From NCBI GenBank assembly GCA_965219085.1, contig OZ244720.1, forward strand, positions 384,001-448,000: a DNA stretch of 64,000 nt. The letters are read 5' to 3'. Each line of letters opens with the position of its first letter. The stretch's first letter is position 1. This DNA comes from Dehalococcoidia bacterium. GTDB taxonomy: Bacteria > Chloroflexota > Dehalococcoidia > UBA2979. Shown here in pieces: positions 48,786 through 57,516 of the stretch. The translations under genes were made by a program, and so were the position numbers. Below the pieces are notes generated by a model. It was given only the letters and a program-made list of their open reading frames with translations, had not been told where the DNA came from and searched no databases.

Positions 48786-49710
48786 TCGAGGCCTCCGCGG
48801 CGGGCTCCGCGTCCGGGCGGAACAGCTCCTCCAGCGACCGGCGTCGCTGCTCCAGCCGCACGAGCGGCAGGTCCAGGGTGACGACAGCGTCGAGGATGGT
48901 GTCGTGCACGCCGTGGGAGCCACCGGCGGCCGCGACCTCGACCTCGCGGCCGAGCGCCCGTACCTCGAGGCCGCGCTCGGCGAGCAGCGCGGCGAGGCGG
49001 TCTGCGCCCCACTCCACCTCGACAGCGAGGACGGCGGTCTCGTCGGTCAACTCGGCGATGCGGCCAGTGCGCATCAGCTTGCCCTCGTCGACCACGATCA
49101 GGCCGTCGCAGACGCGCTCGATCTCCGTGAGCAGGTGCGAGGACATGACGATCGAGATCCCGAATTCGTGCCCGGTACGCTCGACGAGGTCGAGCATCTC
49201 GTCGCGTCCCTGCGGGTCGAGGCCGTTGGTCGGCTCGTCCAGGAACAGCAACTGCGGGTCGTGCGCGAGCGCCTGTGCGAGCTTCACGCGCTGCTTCATG
49301 CCCGTGGAGTAGCCGCCCATGTGGCGGTAGCGCTCCTCGAACAGCCCGACGTGGCGGAGCACCTCGGAGGCGCGCTCGCGCGCGGCGGAGGGCGGGATGC
49401 CGCTCATGCGCGCCATGTGGATGACGAAGTTCGTCGCCGACTGATCCGGCGGCAGGCAGTCGTGCTCCGGCATGTAGCCGACGATCTCGCGGACGCGGAG
49501 CCCCTCGCGCGCCGCGTCGATGCCGAGTACCTCGGCGGTGCCGGTGGTGGCGTCGACGAGACCGAGCAGGACCTTGATGAGCGTGCTCTTGCCGGCGCCG
49601 TTGGGGCCGACGAGACCGATGATGCCCGGCTCGATGTCGAGCGTGAGGCCGTCGAGGGCTGTAACGCGCCCGTAGCGCTTGGTGAGGCCGGTGGTTTCGA
49701 TGAGCGGCAC
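48772..49710 (-). CDS. ABC ATP-binding protein
   Basis: GPNGAGKST, YSTGMKQR, LDEPT. Confidence 0.93.
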   Translation of the reverse strand: MPLIETTGLTKRYGRVTALDGLTLDIEPGIIGLVGPNGAGKSTLIKVLLGLVDATTGTAEVLGIDAAREGLRVREIVGYMPEHDCLPPDQSATNFVIHMARMSGIPPSAARERASEVLRHVGLFEERYRHMGGYSTGMKQRVKLAQALAHDPQLLFLDEPTNGLDPQGRDEMLDLVERTGHEFGISIVMSSHLLTEIERVCDGLIVVDEGKLMRTGRIAELTDETAVLAVEVEWGADRLAALLAERGLEVRALGREVEVAAAGGSHGVHDTILDAVVTLDLPLVRLEQRRRSLEELFRPDAEPAAEASNGAG

Positions 49711-49826
49711 GATTCTCCCTCTACCGATAAGCGTAGCCCAGCTCGCGGGCAGGTGCTCGCGGCGCCTCATCGGTGGGCGCCGCGAGCTCCGTGTGGGGTG
49801 CTTGTGCGTATTGTCACTAACGAGCG

Positions 49827-50695
49827 GACAACTACTTCGACAGCGCGATGCACTCGACCTCGCCAGGCAAGTGCTGGCGGCTGAGCGACCCGCAGGCCGA
49901 CGCGTGGGCGGAGCAGCAGCAGACTGAGCTGGACCCGGACGCCCGGAAGGAGATCCATCGGACCATGTGAGACTACTTCCTGCTGAAGGTGTGCTGGCCG
50001 CGGGTGCCAGCGTGCCGTACATCCAGACGTACCAGCCGTGGCTGCGCGGGATCCGCTTCGGCGGCATCTTCGGCGCCAACAGCTCCTACTACGACTGGGG
50101 CGACAAGGTCCCAGGCGCCTGGATCGACCCGGACATCGACGGCCGCGCCTGGTGCCGCCAGTACCAGGCAACGATCAGGCAACGGCTCCGTTGTAGCGGA
50201 GACCAACGAGGGGCGGCCGCAAGGCCGCCCGTTCGCACGCTGTCTTACCTCCCGACGTCCGGCTGGCTGGCGGTCGGCTTCGACGGCGACAACTACTTCT
50301 ACAACTCGGTGCACTCGGAGTTGCCCGGCAACCGCTGGCGGCTCAGCGACCCGCAGGTCGACGCGTGGGCGGAGCAGCGGCACACGGAGCTGGACCCGGA
50401 CGTCCGGAAGGAGATCCACAAGACCATGTGGGACTACTTCCTGCAGAAGATGTTCTGGCCGCCGGTGCCGTCCGGCCTCGGGCTCCAGATCTACCAGCCG
50501 TGGCTGCACGGAATCCGCTTCGGCGGCATCTTCGGCGCCAACAGCTCCTACTACGACTGGGGCGACCAGGTTCCAGGCGCCTGGATCGACCCGGACATCG
50601 ACGGCCGCGCCTCGTACCGCCAGTAGCAGGCAACGATCAGGCAACGCCTCCGCCGTAGCGGAGACCAACGAGGGGCGGCCGCAAGGCCGCCCCTC
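49827..50695 (+). pseudogene. Two tandem orphan 3' ends of an ABC (family 5-like) substrate-binding gene, each with its downstream hairpin
   Basis: About 400-bp direct repeat (49827-50230 vs 50288-50692); copy 1 has TGG>TGA, an indel and TAG>TAC; no 5' part in the window. Confidence 0.75.
50670..50695 (+). terminator. GC-rich hairpin
   Basis: GAGGGGCGGCC-GCAA-GGCCGCCCCTC; partial copy at 50208-50230. Confidence 0.6.
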
Positions 50696-50798
50696 CTGCT
50701 GTCCCCGGCGCGGCATCCCCATCGCACGCCGCGTTGTGCGCTATGCTCCCCCCGAGCGGCGCCCGCGCGGGCGCACCGCAGTGTGATGCGAGGACCCG

Positions 50799-51782
50799 AT
50801 GCAGATCAGCAATTCCGTGCGCGCCGCCATGGTGCCGGACGAGAACGTGATGCACCCCGACTTCACCTCGATCTACCTGGTCGGGGCGCCCGGCGCCCAG
50901 TCGCTCACCATCGACTCCGGCGAGGCGGTCGAGCGTTACCAGTGGTTCCTGCGCGGCTACCTCGCGGCCACGGAGCACGCCGAGATCGGCATCGCGACCA
51001 TCACCCACCACCACGCCGACCACTCGGGCAACCTCAAGTGGACCAAGGAGTTCCTCAACGCCGAGATCGCGATCCCCAGGGGCGGGCGACGGCTCCTCAA
51101 GGGTCGCATCCCGCGCAAGGTCGAACAGTACGGCGACGGCGACGTGCTCGACCTGGGTGGCGGCGTCCGCCTCCAGGTCATCGAGACGCCCGGGCACAGC
51201 TCCGACTCGCTGTGCTACTACCTGGAGGAAGAGGGCGTGCTGTTTACCGGCGACACCCTGCTCGGTTCCTCGACGACGACGGTCTGGGACCTCGGGCCGT
51301 ACCGGCGCAGCCTGGAGCGGCTGCTGCAGTTGCCGAACCTCCAGGTCATCTGCCCCGGCCACGGCAAGATCGTGAACGACCCGCGCGAGCGCCTGCAGAT
51401 GTACGTCGACCACCGCAACATGCGCGAGCAGCAGATCATCGAGGTGCTCCAGGACGGCGAGCAGATCAGCAGCTGGGACATCATGCTCCGCGTCTACGGC
51501 GACTCAATCGACACGCGGCTGCGCAGCGCCGCCGACGGCAACGTGCGCAGCCACCTCACCCAGCTGATTGACGAGGGCCGCATCAACGAGTACGAGGGCA
51601 GACCGAAGCGCAAGCGCAGCGAGCGCGCCATCCAACACCAGCACGAGCACGAGCGTGAGCGCGACCGCATCCTGCGCGAGGCGAAGAGGATCGAGGCGGC
51701 CCGCAGCCGCGAGGAGGTCCGCAGGCAGGAGAACCCGCCCAGCGAGCAGTGGTCGAAACCGCCGCTGTACGACCTCGCGTAG
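50799..51782 (+). CDS. MBL-fold metallohydrolase (LACTB2-like)
   Basis: THHHADH, TPGHS, FTGD, PGHG. Confidence 0.9.
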   Translation: MQISNSVRAAMVPDENVMHPDFTSIYLVGAPGAQSLTIDSGEAVERYQWFLRGYLAATEHAEIGIATITHHHADHSGNLKWTKEFLNAEIAIPRGGRRLLKGRIPRKVEQYGDGDVLDLGGGVRLQVIETPGHSSDSLCYYLEEEGVLFTGDTLLGSSTTTVWDLGPYRRSLERLLQLPNLQVICPGHGKIVNDPRERLQMYVDHRNMREQQIIEVLQDGEQISSWDIMLRVYGDSIDTRLRSAADGNVRSHLTQLIDEGRINEYEGRPKRKRSERAIQHQHEHERERDRILREAKRIEAARSREEVRRQENPPSEQWSKPPLYDLA

Positions 51783-51884
51783 CCGGCGGGGCCCGGCTGT
51801 GCGCACACGACCGCATCGCATCGTCCGCGCTTGCCTGCAACGGCGTCCCGTCGGTAGGCTGCGCTTCTGCCGGGGGGCAACATC

Positions 51885-53093
51885 ATGACTGGACCGCTCG
51901 AGGGGGCGCGGGTTCTCGACCTCACACAGGGGGTCGCGGGTCCGTACGCGACAAAGCTGTTCTCGGACTACGGCGCGGAGGTCATCAAGATCGAGCGCCC
52001 GGGAGGCGGCGACGCCTCGCGCCGCCTTGGCCCGTTCCCCAACGACGAGCCTCACATCGAGGCGAGCGGGATGTTCCTGCACCTCAACACCGGCAAGCGC
52101 AGCGTCACGCTCGACCTCAGCACCGCGACCGGGCGCAACCTGCTGCTCCGGCTCGCCGCCGAGGCGGACATCATCGTCGAGAGCTTCCGGCCCGGCGCCC
52201 TCGAACGCCTCGGCATCGGCCCCGACGTGCTCGCCGAGGCGAGCCCGGCGGCGGCGCTCGTGCGCATCTCGAACTTCGGCCAGGACGGCCCGTACCGGGA
52301 CTTCGAGGCCGACGACATGCTGCTCTACGCCTCCGGCGGCGTGATGCAGATCACCGGCGACCCCGACCGCGAGCCGCTCAAGCTGGGGCTCTACACGCCG
52401 CTGTTCTTCGCCGGCTGCGTGGTCGCCGGCATGATGATGGGTGCGCTCCGCACCTCCATGCGCGACCAGCAGGGCGAGCGCGTCGAGATTTCGATCCATG
52501 AGATCCTGACCGCCTCGATGGACCGCGGCGGTCCGAACATCGTCGCCCACCAGTACTCGGGCTCGCTCATGATCGAGCGCATGAAGAACGTCGTCTTCAG
52601 CGGGCTGCCGAGCGGCGTCTACCCCTGCGCCGACGGCTACGTGCAGGTTGCGACCCAGCCGGCGTGGTTCGCGCGGATGTGCCGCGCGATGGGCCGCGAG
52701 GACCTGCTCGAGGACGAGCACTTCGTCGCGAACGTCTACAACCCGGACTTCCTCCCCGAGGTCGAGGCGATCTTCTACCCCTGGATCCTCGCGCACACGA
52801 AGCAGGAGGTGATGGAGATCGCGCAGGCCGAGGGCTGGCCGGTGTGCGCCATCAACACCGTCGAGGACGCCTATCGCGATCCCGCCTTCCGCGCGCGCGG
52901 CTTCTTCCAGACCGTCGATCACCCCGTCGTGGGTCCGCTCGAATACCCCGGCCTGCCGGTGCGGTTCACCGCCACGCCGGGCGAGATCCGGCCCGCCCCC
53001 CTGCTCGGCGAGCACACGTTCGAGGTGCTCACCGAGCGCCTCGGCCACACGCCCGAGGAGGTCGCGATCCTCGGGCAGCGCGGCGTGATCTAG
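51885..53093 (+). CDS. CaiB/BaiF CoA-transferase (catalytic Asp apparently absent)
   Basis: GPLEGARV, LNTGKRS; YTPLFFAG at the Asp position. Confidence 0.9.
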   Translation: MTGPLEGARVLDLTQGVAGPYATKLFSDYGAEVIKIERPGGGDASRRLGPFPNDEPHIEASGMFLHLNTGKRSVTLDLSTATGRNLLLRLAAEADIIVESFRPGALERLGIGPDVLAEASPAAALVRISNFGQDGPYRDFEADDMLLYASGGVMQITGDPDREPLKLGLYTPLFFAGCVVAGMMMGALRTSMRDQQGERVEISIHEILTASMDRGGPNIVAHQYSGSLMIERMKNVVFSGLPSGVYPCADGYVQVATQPAWFARMCRAMGREDLLEDEHFVANVYNPDFLPEVEAIFYPWILAHTKQEVMEIAQAEGWPVCAINTVEDAYRDPAFRARGFFQTVDHPVVGPLEYPGLPVRFTATPGEIRPAPLLGEHTFEVLTERLGHTPEEVAILGQRGVI

Positions 53094-53102
53094 GAGTTGA
53101 CG

Positions 53103-54404
53103 ATGGCCGACCCGGCAAAACCACTCGACGGCGTACGCGTGCTGGCCCAGGCCATCGTCTGGGCGGGGCCGTTCGGGACGCTGATCCTCGCCGACCTCGG
53201 CGCCGAGGTGATCGAGATCGAGTCGCTCCAGCACCTCAACCCGACGCGCACGAACTTCCGGCACATCCCGCAGGAGTTGCTCGACGGCCGCGGCGGCGCC
53301 TCGTACCTCAACCGCGACGGCAGCGAGGGCTTCTGGAACCGCCAGGCGTGGTTCAACTACGCCAAACGCGGCTGCAAGTCCGTCACGCTCGACCTGCAGA
53401 GCGAGCGCGGGCACGAGCTGTTCCTTGACCTCGTGCGCCACAGCGACGCGTACATCGAGAACAACGCCGCCGACGTCGTCGACAACCTCGGCATCGGCTA
53501 CGAGGTGCTGCGCGAGGCCAACCCGCAGCTGATCATGGTTCGCTTCCCGGGCTTCGGCATCGAGGGGCCGTACCGCGACTTCAAGGGGTACGGCGCGAAT
53601 ATGGAAGCCGTCGCCGGCCACACCGCGATCCGCGGCTACGAGGGTTCTGATCCCTCCGACACGCCTGCCTCGCTGCACGGCGACCCCACCGCGGGCTCGG
53701 CGGTCGCGTTCGCACTACAGGCCGCGCTCTTCGCGCGCGACCGCACGGGCGAGGGTCAGCTCGTCGAGGTCTCGCAGGTCGAGGCCGTGACCCCGCACCT
53801 CGGGCACTCGTTCATGGACTACGCGATGAACGGCCGCGTGCAGGGCCACTGGGGCAACCGCCACCCCTCGATGGCGCCCTACGGCGCGTTCCCGTGCGCG
53901 GGCGACGACCGCTGGATCGCGATCGCGATCCCCTCGGACGAGGCGTTCGCGAGCCTGTGCGCCGAAATGGGCCGCCCCGAGCTGGCCGAGGACGAGCGCT
54001 TCGCCGACGCCGCGGTGCGCTACGCCAACACCGACGCGATCAACGCCGAGGTCGCCGCCTGGACCCCCGGGTTCCCGAACCACGATCTGATGGTGCGGCT
54101 CCAGGCCGCGGGCGTGCCGGCGATCGCGCTGACGCACCAGGAGGAGATGACGACCGACCCGCACCACGTCGCGCGCGGCTACTTCCAGCCGATCGAGCAA
54201 CACGAGGCGGGGACGCACCTCTTCCCCGGCCCGATGGCGCGCTTCGAGCGCACCTCGCTGCTCCCGGCGCGCCCCGCACCCACCCTCGGAGGCCATAACG
54301 AGGAGATCCTGCGCGGCGTGCTCGGCCTCGACGCCGACGCGTACCAGCAGCTGATCGACGACGAGGTGATCGGCACGGTCTACGTGGAGGACGCGACCGC
54401 CTGA
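53103..54404 (+). CDS. CaiB/BaiF CoA-transferase (Asp-containing subunit)
   Basis: PLDGVRV, WAGP, HGDPTAG. Confidence 0.92.
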   Translation: MADPAKPLDGVRVLAQAIVWAGPFGTLILADLGAEVIEIESLQHLNPTRTNFRHIPQELLDGRGGASYLNRDGSEGFWNRQAWFNYAKRGCKSVTLDLQSERGHELFLDLVRHSDAYIENNAADVVDNLGIGYEVLREANPQLIMVRFPGFGIEGPYRDFKGYGANMEAVAGHTAIRGYEGSDPSDTPASLHGDPTAGSAVAFALQAALFARDRTGEGQLVEVSQVEAVTPHLGHSFMDYAMNGRVQGHWGNRHPSMAPYGAFPCAGDDRWIAIAIPSDEAFASLCAEMGRPELAEDERFADAAVRYANTDAINAEVAAWTPGFPNHDLMVRLQAAGVPAIALTHQEEMTTDPHHVARGYFQPIEQHEAGTHLFPGPMARFERTSLLPARPAPTLGGHNEEILRGVLGLDADAYQQLIDDEVIGTVYVEDATA

Positions 54405-54436
54405 CGCCCGCACGCCCAGCCATGGGCGTCGATTTC

Positions 54437-54461
54437 CCGTACGTAGTACTCCGTACATGAT
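54437..54461 (+). promoter_or_regulatory. Shared upstream motif CCGTAC-N14-ATGAT, copy A
   Basis: Same motif and spacing at 55779 and 56440. Confidence 0.6.
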
Positions 54462-54555
54462 GAGCGCATCCACGATGTGATGCGCCGCCCGCGCCTGATC
54501 GGTGGCGGCGCGCCGGAGCCCCCTCCGGCCGCGGCTTGCTGGACTACAGGTGCGG

Positions 54556-55647
54556 ATGTCTCGCAACGGGGCGTTTCGGCGCTGGCTGCTGCTCCTGTCC
54601 GGGGCGCTCGTCTGCGCGCTGCTCGGCGCGGGCATCGTCCTCGTGGCCGGCGTCGGATTCGCGCAGGACGGCGGCGCCGAGGTCCGCATCACGGCCATGC
54701 GCCACGACGATGGGCGCATCGAGTTCGCGCTGCAGGAGCGTGCGGGCGCGGGGTGGAGCGACCGCCTGCTGCCGCGCGCGCGGTTCTTCCCGGCGAGCGG
54801 CCGCGAGGGCCGCTGGCTGGTCTCGACGCCGCTCACCGTTGGTCCTCTCGAGGCGACGGCCGTGTCGACTCCGACGGTTGCGCCCGCCGCGACCGCGACG
54901 CATGAGGCGACCGCAACGGTCGAACCGCCGCCTTCGGCGCTGAGTCTGGCCGGGATTGTGGTGGCGCCCGAGAACTGCGACGGCTACGACCGCGACCACT
55001 TCGCCAGCTATAACGCCCGATCCCTTCGCGACCGCTGGGATGCCGATGACGGCGCAGCCGACGGCGTCATCACGGGGTGGTACACCGGGCTGCGACTGGC
55101 GAACAGCGGGCAGGCCGTCCACGTCGAGCATGTCGTCGCCCTCAAGGAGGCGTGGTGCTCCGGGTATCGGGAGCCCTCGCTCGGTAACTGGCCAACCAAC
55201 CTTCGGCCCGCGCAGGCTGCGCTGAACTTGTCGAAGTCAGACCGCGACCCTGCGGAGTGGGATCGGCCGGACCTTCCCGGGTGGTGCCGGTATCTCGCGC
55301 TCCACGCCCAAGTGAAACGGCAACTGAGGATGACCGCCGACCGCGCGGAATTGGACTACATCGCCCGCTCCTGGGCCGCCGGCTGCGGCGATGTTGTGGC
55401 CGCTCCGGCGGCCGAGCCCACGGCGACATCCGAGCCAACGGTGACGCCGACACCGACGGCCGGAGCGGCGTATAGCGGGCCGCAGCCCGCCAGGACGTGC
55501 GGGGCGTTCGGCTGGCGCGTGGACCGTCGCACGCACCCCAACCTGTACGCCGCTCTCAGTGCTCTCGGGATGCGCGACGGCAATAGCGACGGGATCATGT
55601 GCAACGCGGAGCGGGCCTACCGCGGCCCCGACTACCCCGCGCCGTGA
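54556..55647 (+). CDS. Secreted protein: shared N-domain, PT linker, HNH/DUF1524-like nuclease domain, excalibur-like tail
   Basis: Signal peptide; EVRITAMRHDDGRIEFALQER; VEHVVALKEAW...NLSKSDRDPAEW; RDGNSDGIMC. Confidence 0.8.
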   Translation: MSRNGAFRRWLLLLSGALVCALLGAGIVLVAGVGFAQDGGAEVRITAMRHDDGRIEFALQERAGAGWSDRLLPRARFFPASGREGRWLVSTPLTVGPLEATAVSTPTVAPAATATHEATATVEPPPSALSLAGIVVAPENCDGYDRDHFASYNARSLRDRWDADDGAADGVITGWYTGLRLANSGQAVHVEHVVALKEAWCSGYREPSLGNWPTNLRPAQAALNLSKSDRDPAEWDRPDLPGWCRYLALHAQVKRQLRMTADRAELDYIARSWAAGCGDVVAAPAAEPTATSEPTVTPTPTAGAAYSGPQPARTCGAFGWRVDRRTHPNLYAALSALGMRDGNSDGIMCNAERAYRGPDYPAP

Positions 55648-55682
55648 GCCTCGGCCGGGCGGGTCTGCTACCGCCCGGCGCC

Positions 55683-55768
55683 GCCCAGGCGATGGCGCCC
55701 ACTTCCCGCAGCCTCGCGATCTCGGCGTCGTCGATGCCGTGCTCGGTGTCACCTCGTCGGCGTGGCGG
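55683..55768 (-). repeat. Degenerate copy of the 3' end of the CoA-transferase at 57517-58800
   Basis: Encodes EHGIDDAEIARLREVGAIA vs EHGVDDAEIARLRELSAIA; aligns with 57515-57601. Confidence 0.85.
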
Positions 55769-55778
55769 GCGGCATATC

Positions 55779-55803
55779 CCGTACATTGCATCCCATATAT
55801 GAT
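55779..55803 (+). promoter_or_regulatory. Shared upstream motif, copy B
   Basis: CCGTACattgcatcccatatATGAT. Confidence 0.6.
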
Positions 55804-55894
55804 GCCCGTATCCGTCACGTGATGCCTGCGCCCCGGCACGGCTCCGGCCCGGTGCTCGATACGGGTTGACCGGCGGCGTGGGAGGAATCGGGCC

Positions 55895-56431
55895 ATGGCG
55901 ATGTTGAGACCGAGCGCGAGGGCGCTCATCCTGGCGTTCTTCGTGGGTGTAATCGCCCTCGGCGCTGGCATCGCGGTGGCGCACGACAGCGGCACGGAGG
56001 TGCGGATCACCGCAATGCGTCTCGACGACGGTCGCATCGAGTTCGCGCTCCAGGAGCGGGAGGGCGAGGGATGGAGCGAGCGCATCCTCCCTCGCGCGCG
56101 CTTCTTCCCGGCGAGCGGGAGCGAGGGGCGATGGCTCAACTCCACGCCGATCACCGTCGGTGAGTTGGAAGCAGGGGCGTCGGCTACGCCCACGGCGACA
56201 CCGACCGCCACGCCCACGGCGACACCGACTGCTACGCCCACGGCGACACCGACTGCTACGCCCACGGCGACACCGACTGCCACGCCCACATCCGAGTTCC
56301 ACTGTCATTGTCGACGTGTCATCAACGCCGGTACTCGTTGTGACCGGCGATATACGGCGCAAGGGGGCCCCGGATATTGCCATACGGGGGAGTCCCACGG
56401 AGCCTTCAATACTTGGCCGCCGCGACACTAG
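55895..56431 (+). CDS. Secreted protein: shared N-domain, (ATPT)n linker, short Cys/His-rich C-terminus
   Basis: EVRITAMRLDDGRIEFALQER...PRARFFP; 24-bp tandem repeat at 56182-56290; GGAGG RBS. Confidence 0.8.
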   Translation: MAMLRPSARALILAFFVGVIALGAGIAVAHDSGTEVRITAMRLDDGRIEFALQEREGEGWSERILPRARFFPASGSEGRWLNSTPITVGELEAGASATPTATPTATPTATPTATPTATPTATPTATPTATPTSEFHCHCRRVINAGTRCDRRYTAQGGPGYCHTGESHGAFNTWPPRH

Positions 56432-56439
56432 CTAGTGTT

Positions 56440-56464
56440 CCGTACGTGATAGCCCATTCATGAT
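56440..56464 (+). promoter_or_regulatory. Shared upstream motif, copy C
   Basis: CCGTACgtgatagcccattcATGAT. Confidence 0.6.
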
Positions 56465-56554
56465 TGTGTGGGCTCGCGGGCGGCGGCCTCGAACGATCCG
56501 TACCCGCGATCCACAGTCGGAAGCGGCGCGGAACTGTCACAGGGGGAGCGGACG

Positions 56555-57487
56555 ATGACGACGATCGGCAAAAGTGGCAAGACGCTCATCATCGCGCTGC
56601 TCGTGGGCGTGATCGCGCTCGGCGTCGGCCTCGCGGTCGCGCACAACGACGGTACGGAGATTCGCATCACGGCGATGCGCCACGACGACGGGCGCATCGA
56701 GTTCGCGGTCCAGGAGCGCGAAGGCGAGGGGTGGGGCGAGCGTGTCCTGCCGCGCGCACGCTTCTTCCCGGCAAGCGGCCGCGAGGGCCGGTGGCTCAAC
56801 TCCACGCCGATCACCGTCGGCGTGGTCGACGAGCTGGAGACAGCGACGGCCACCCCATCACCCACCGCTACGGCAACGCCGAGCGCAACGGCGACCCCTG
56901 TACCAGCGGCTACACCGATGCCTACTGTAACGGCGACGCCCGCGCCGGCCCAGAGCGCATCAGCATCGCGCACATATACCATCGAGGACCCGCACGACCG
57001 CTTCCAGGTCAACGACATCACTGAGCTTCAGGTAAAGGTTGGGGCGACGACCATCGCAATACGGGTTACGTCAGGCGAGTTCTTCTCGTTCTCCGAGCAA
57101 TGGACCGGAGACAGCAGTTACGTCCACCTGAACTTCGACTTCGATAACGATCCTGGTGAGCATGGCTTGTACGACGATGATCTCCTGGTGGCTGTGCGTG
57201 GAAGTACGGCGACGTTCTACGATACCACTGGCGACACGTTCGTTCGATTGGGCAGTTCTAGCGTAACTCAGGAAGATGAGTCGGGGGCAACCTGCACAGT
57301 CGTCTGTGAGGTTCTGTCATTCGAGATCCCGAGAGAACACTTTGGCGACGCGACGATTGCGGCTGTGTCGGTAACCGGCGCATGGGCCCTTTCGTCGCCG
57401 GATTGCGATAGCTACGGCTGCTCTTGGTACGACTATGATTGGGTGCCGGATGTCCTGGAGCCGCATCCGGTCATCGCCCTCGACTGA
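56555..57487 (+). CDS. Secreted protein: shared N-domain, PT linker, acidic beta-rich domain
   Basis: EIRITAMRHDDGRIEFAVQER...PRARFFP; C-terminal DNA visibly A/T-richer. Confidence 0.8.
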   Translation: MTTIGKSGKTLIIALLVGVIALGVGLAVAHNDGTEIRITAMRHDDGRIEFAVQEREGEGWGERVLPRARFFPASGREGRWLNSTPITVGVVDELETATATPSPTATATPSATATPVPAATPMPTVTATPAPAQSASASRTYTIEDPHDRFQVNDITELQVKVGATTIAIRVTSGEFFSFSEQWTGDSSYVHLNFDFDNDPGEHGLYDDDLLVAVRGSTATFYDTTGDTFVRLGSSSVTQEDESGATCTVVCEVLSFEIPREHFGDATIAAVSVTGAWALSSPDCDSYGCSWYDYDWVPDVLEPHPVIALD

Positions 57488-57516
57488 TCGTGGACGATAG
57501 TCGGTCGGCGTGCCGC

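Noticed and set aside
49967-50626. 219-aa ORF as a real gene
   Set aside because: It runs through the mutated stop and hairpin of one relic copy into the second copy; it is a chimera of pseudogene fragments.
51504-53678. Long antisense or alternative-frame ORFs (e.g. 724 aa here, 618 aa at 11272, 649 aa at 60930)
   Set aside because: Shadow ORFs of high-GC coding genes; Arg/Ala/Pro-rich with no motifs.
54556-57487. Diversity-generating retroelement or integron
   Set aside because: No reverse transcriptase or integrase, no adenine-specific TR/VR pair and no attC-like sites.
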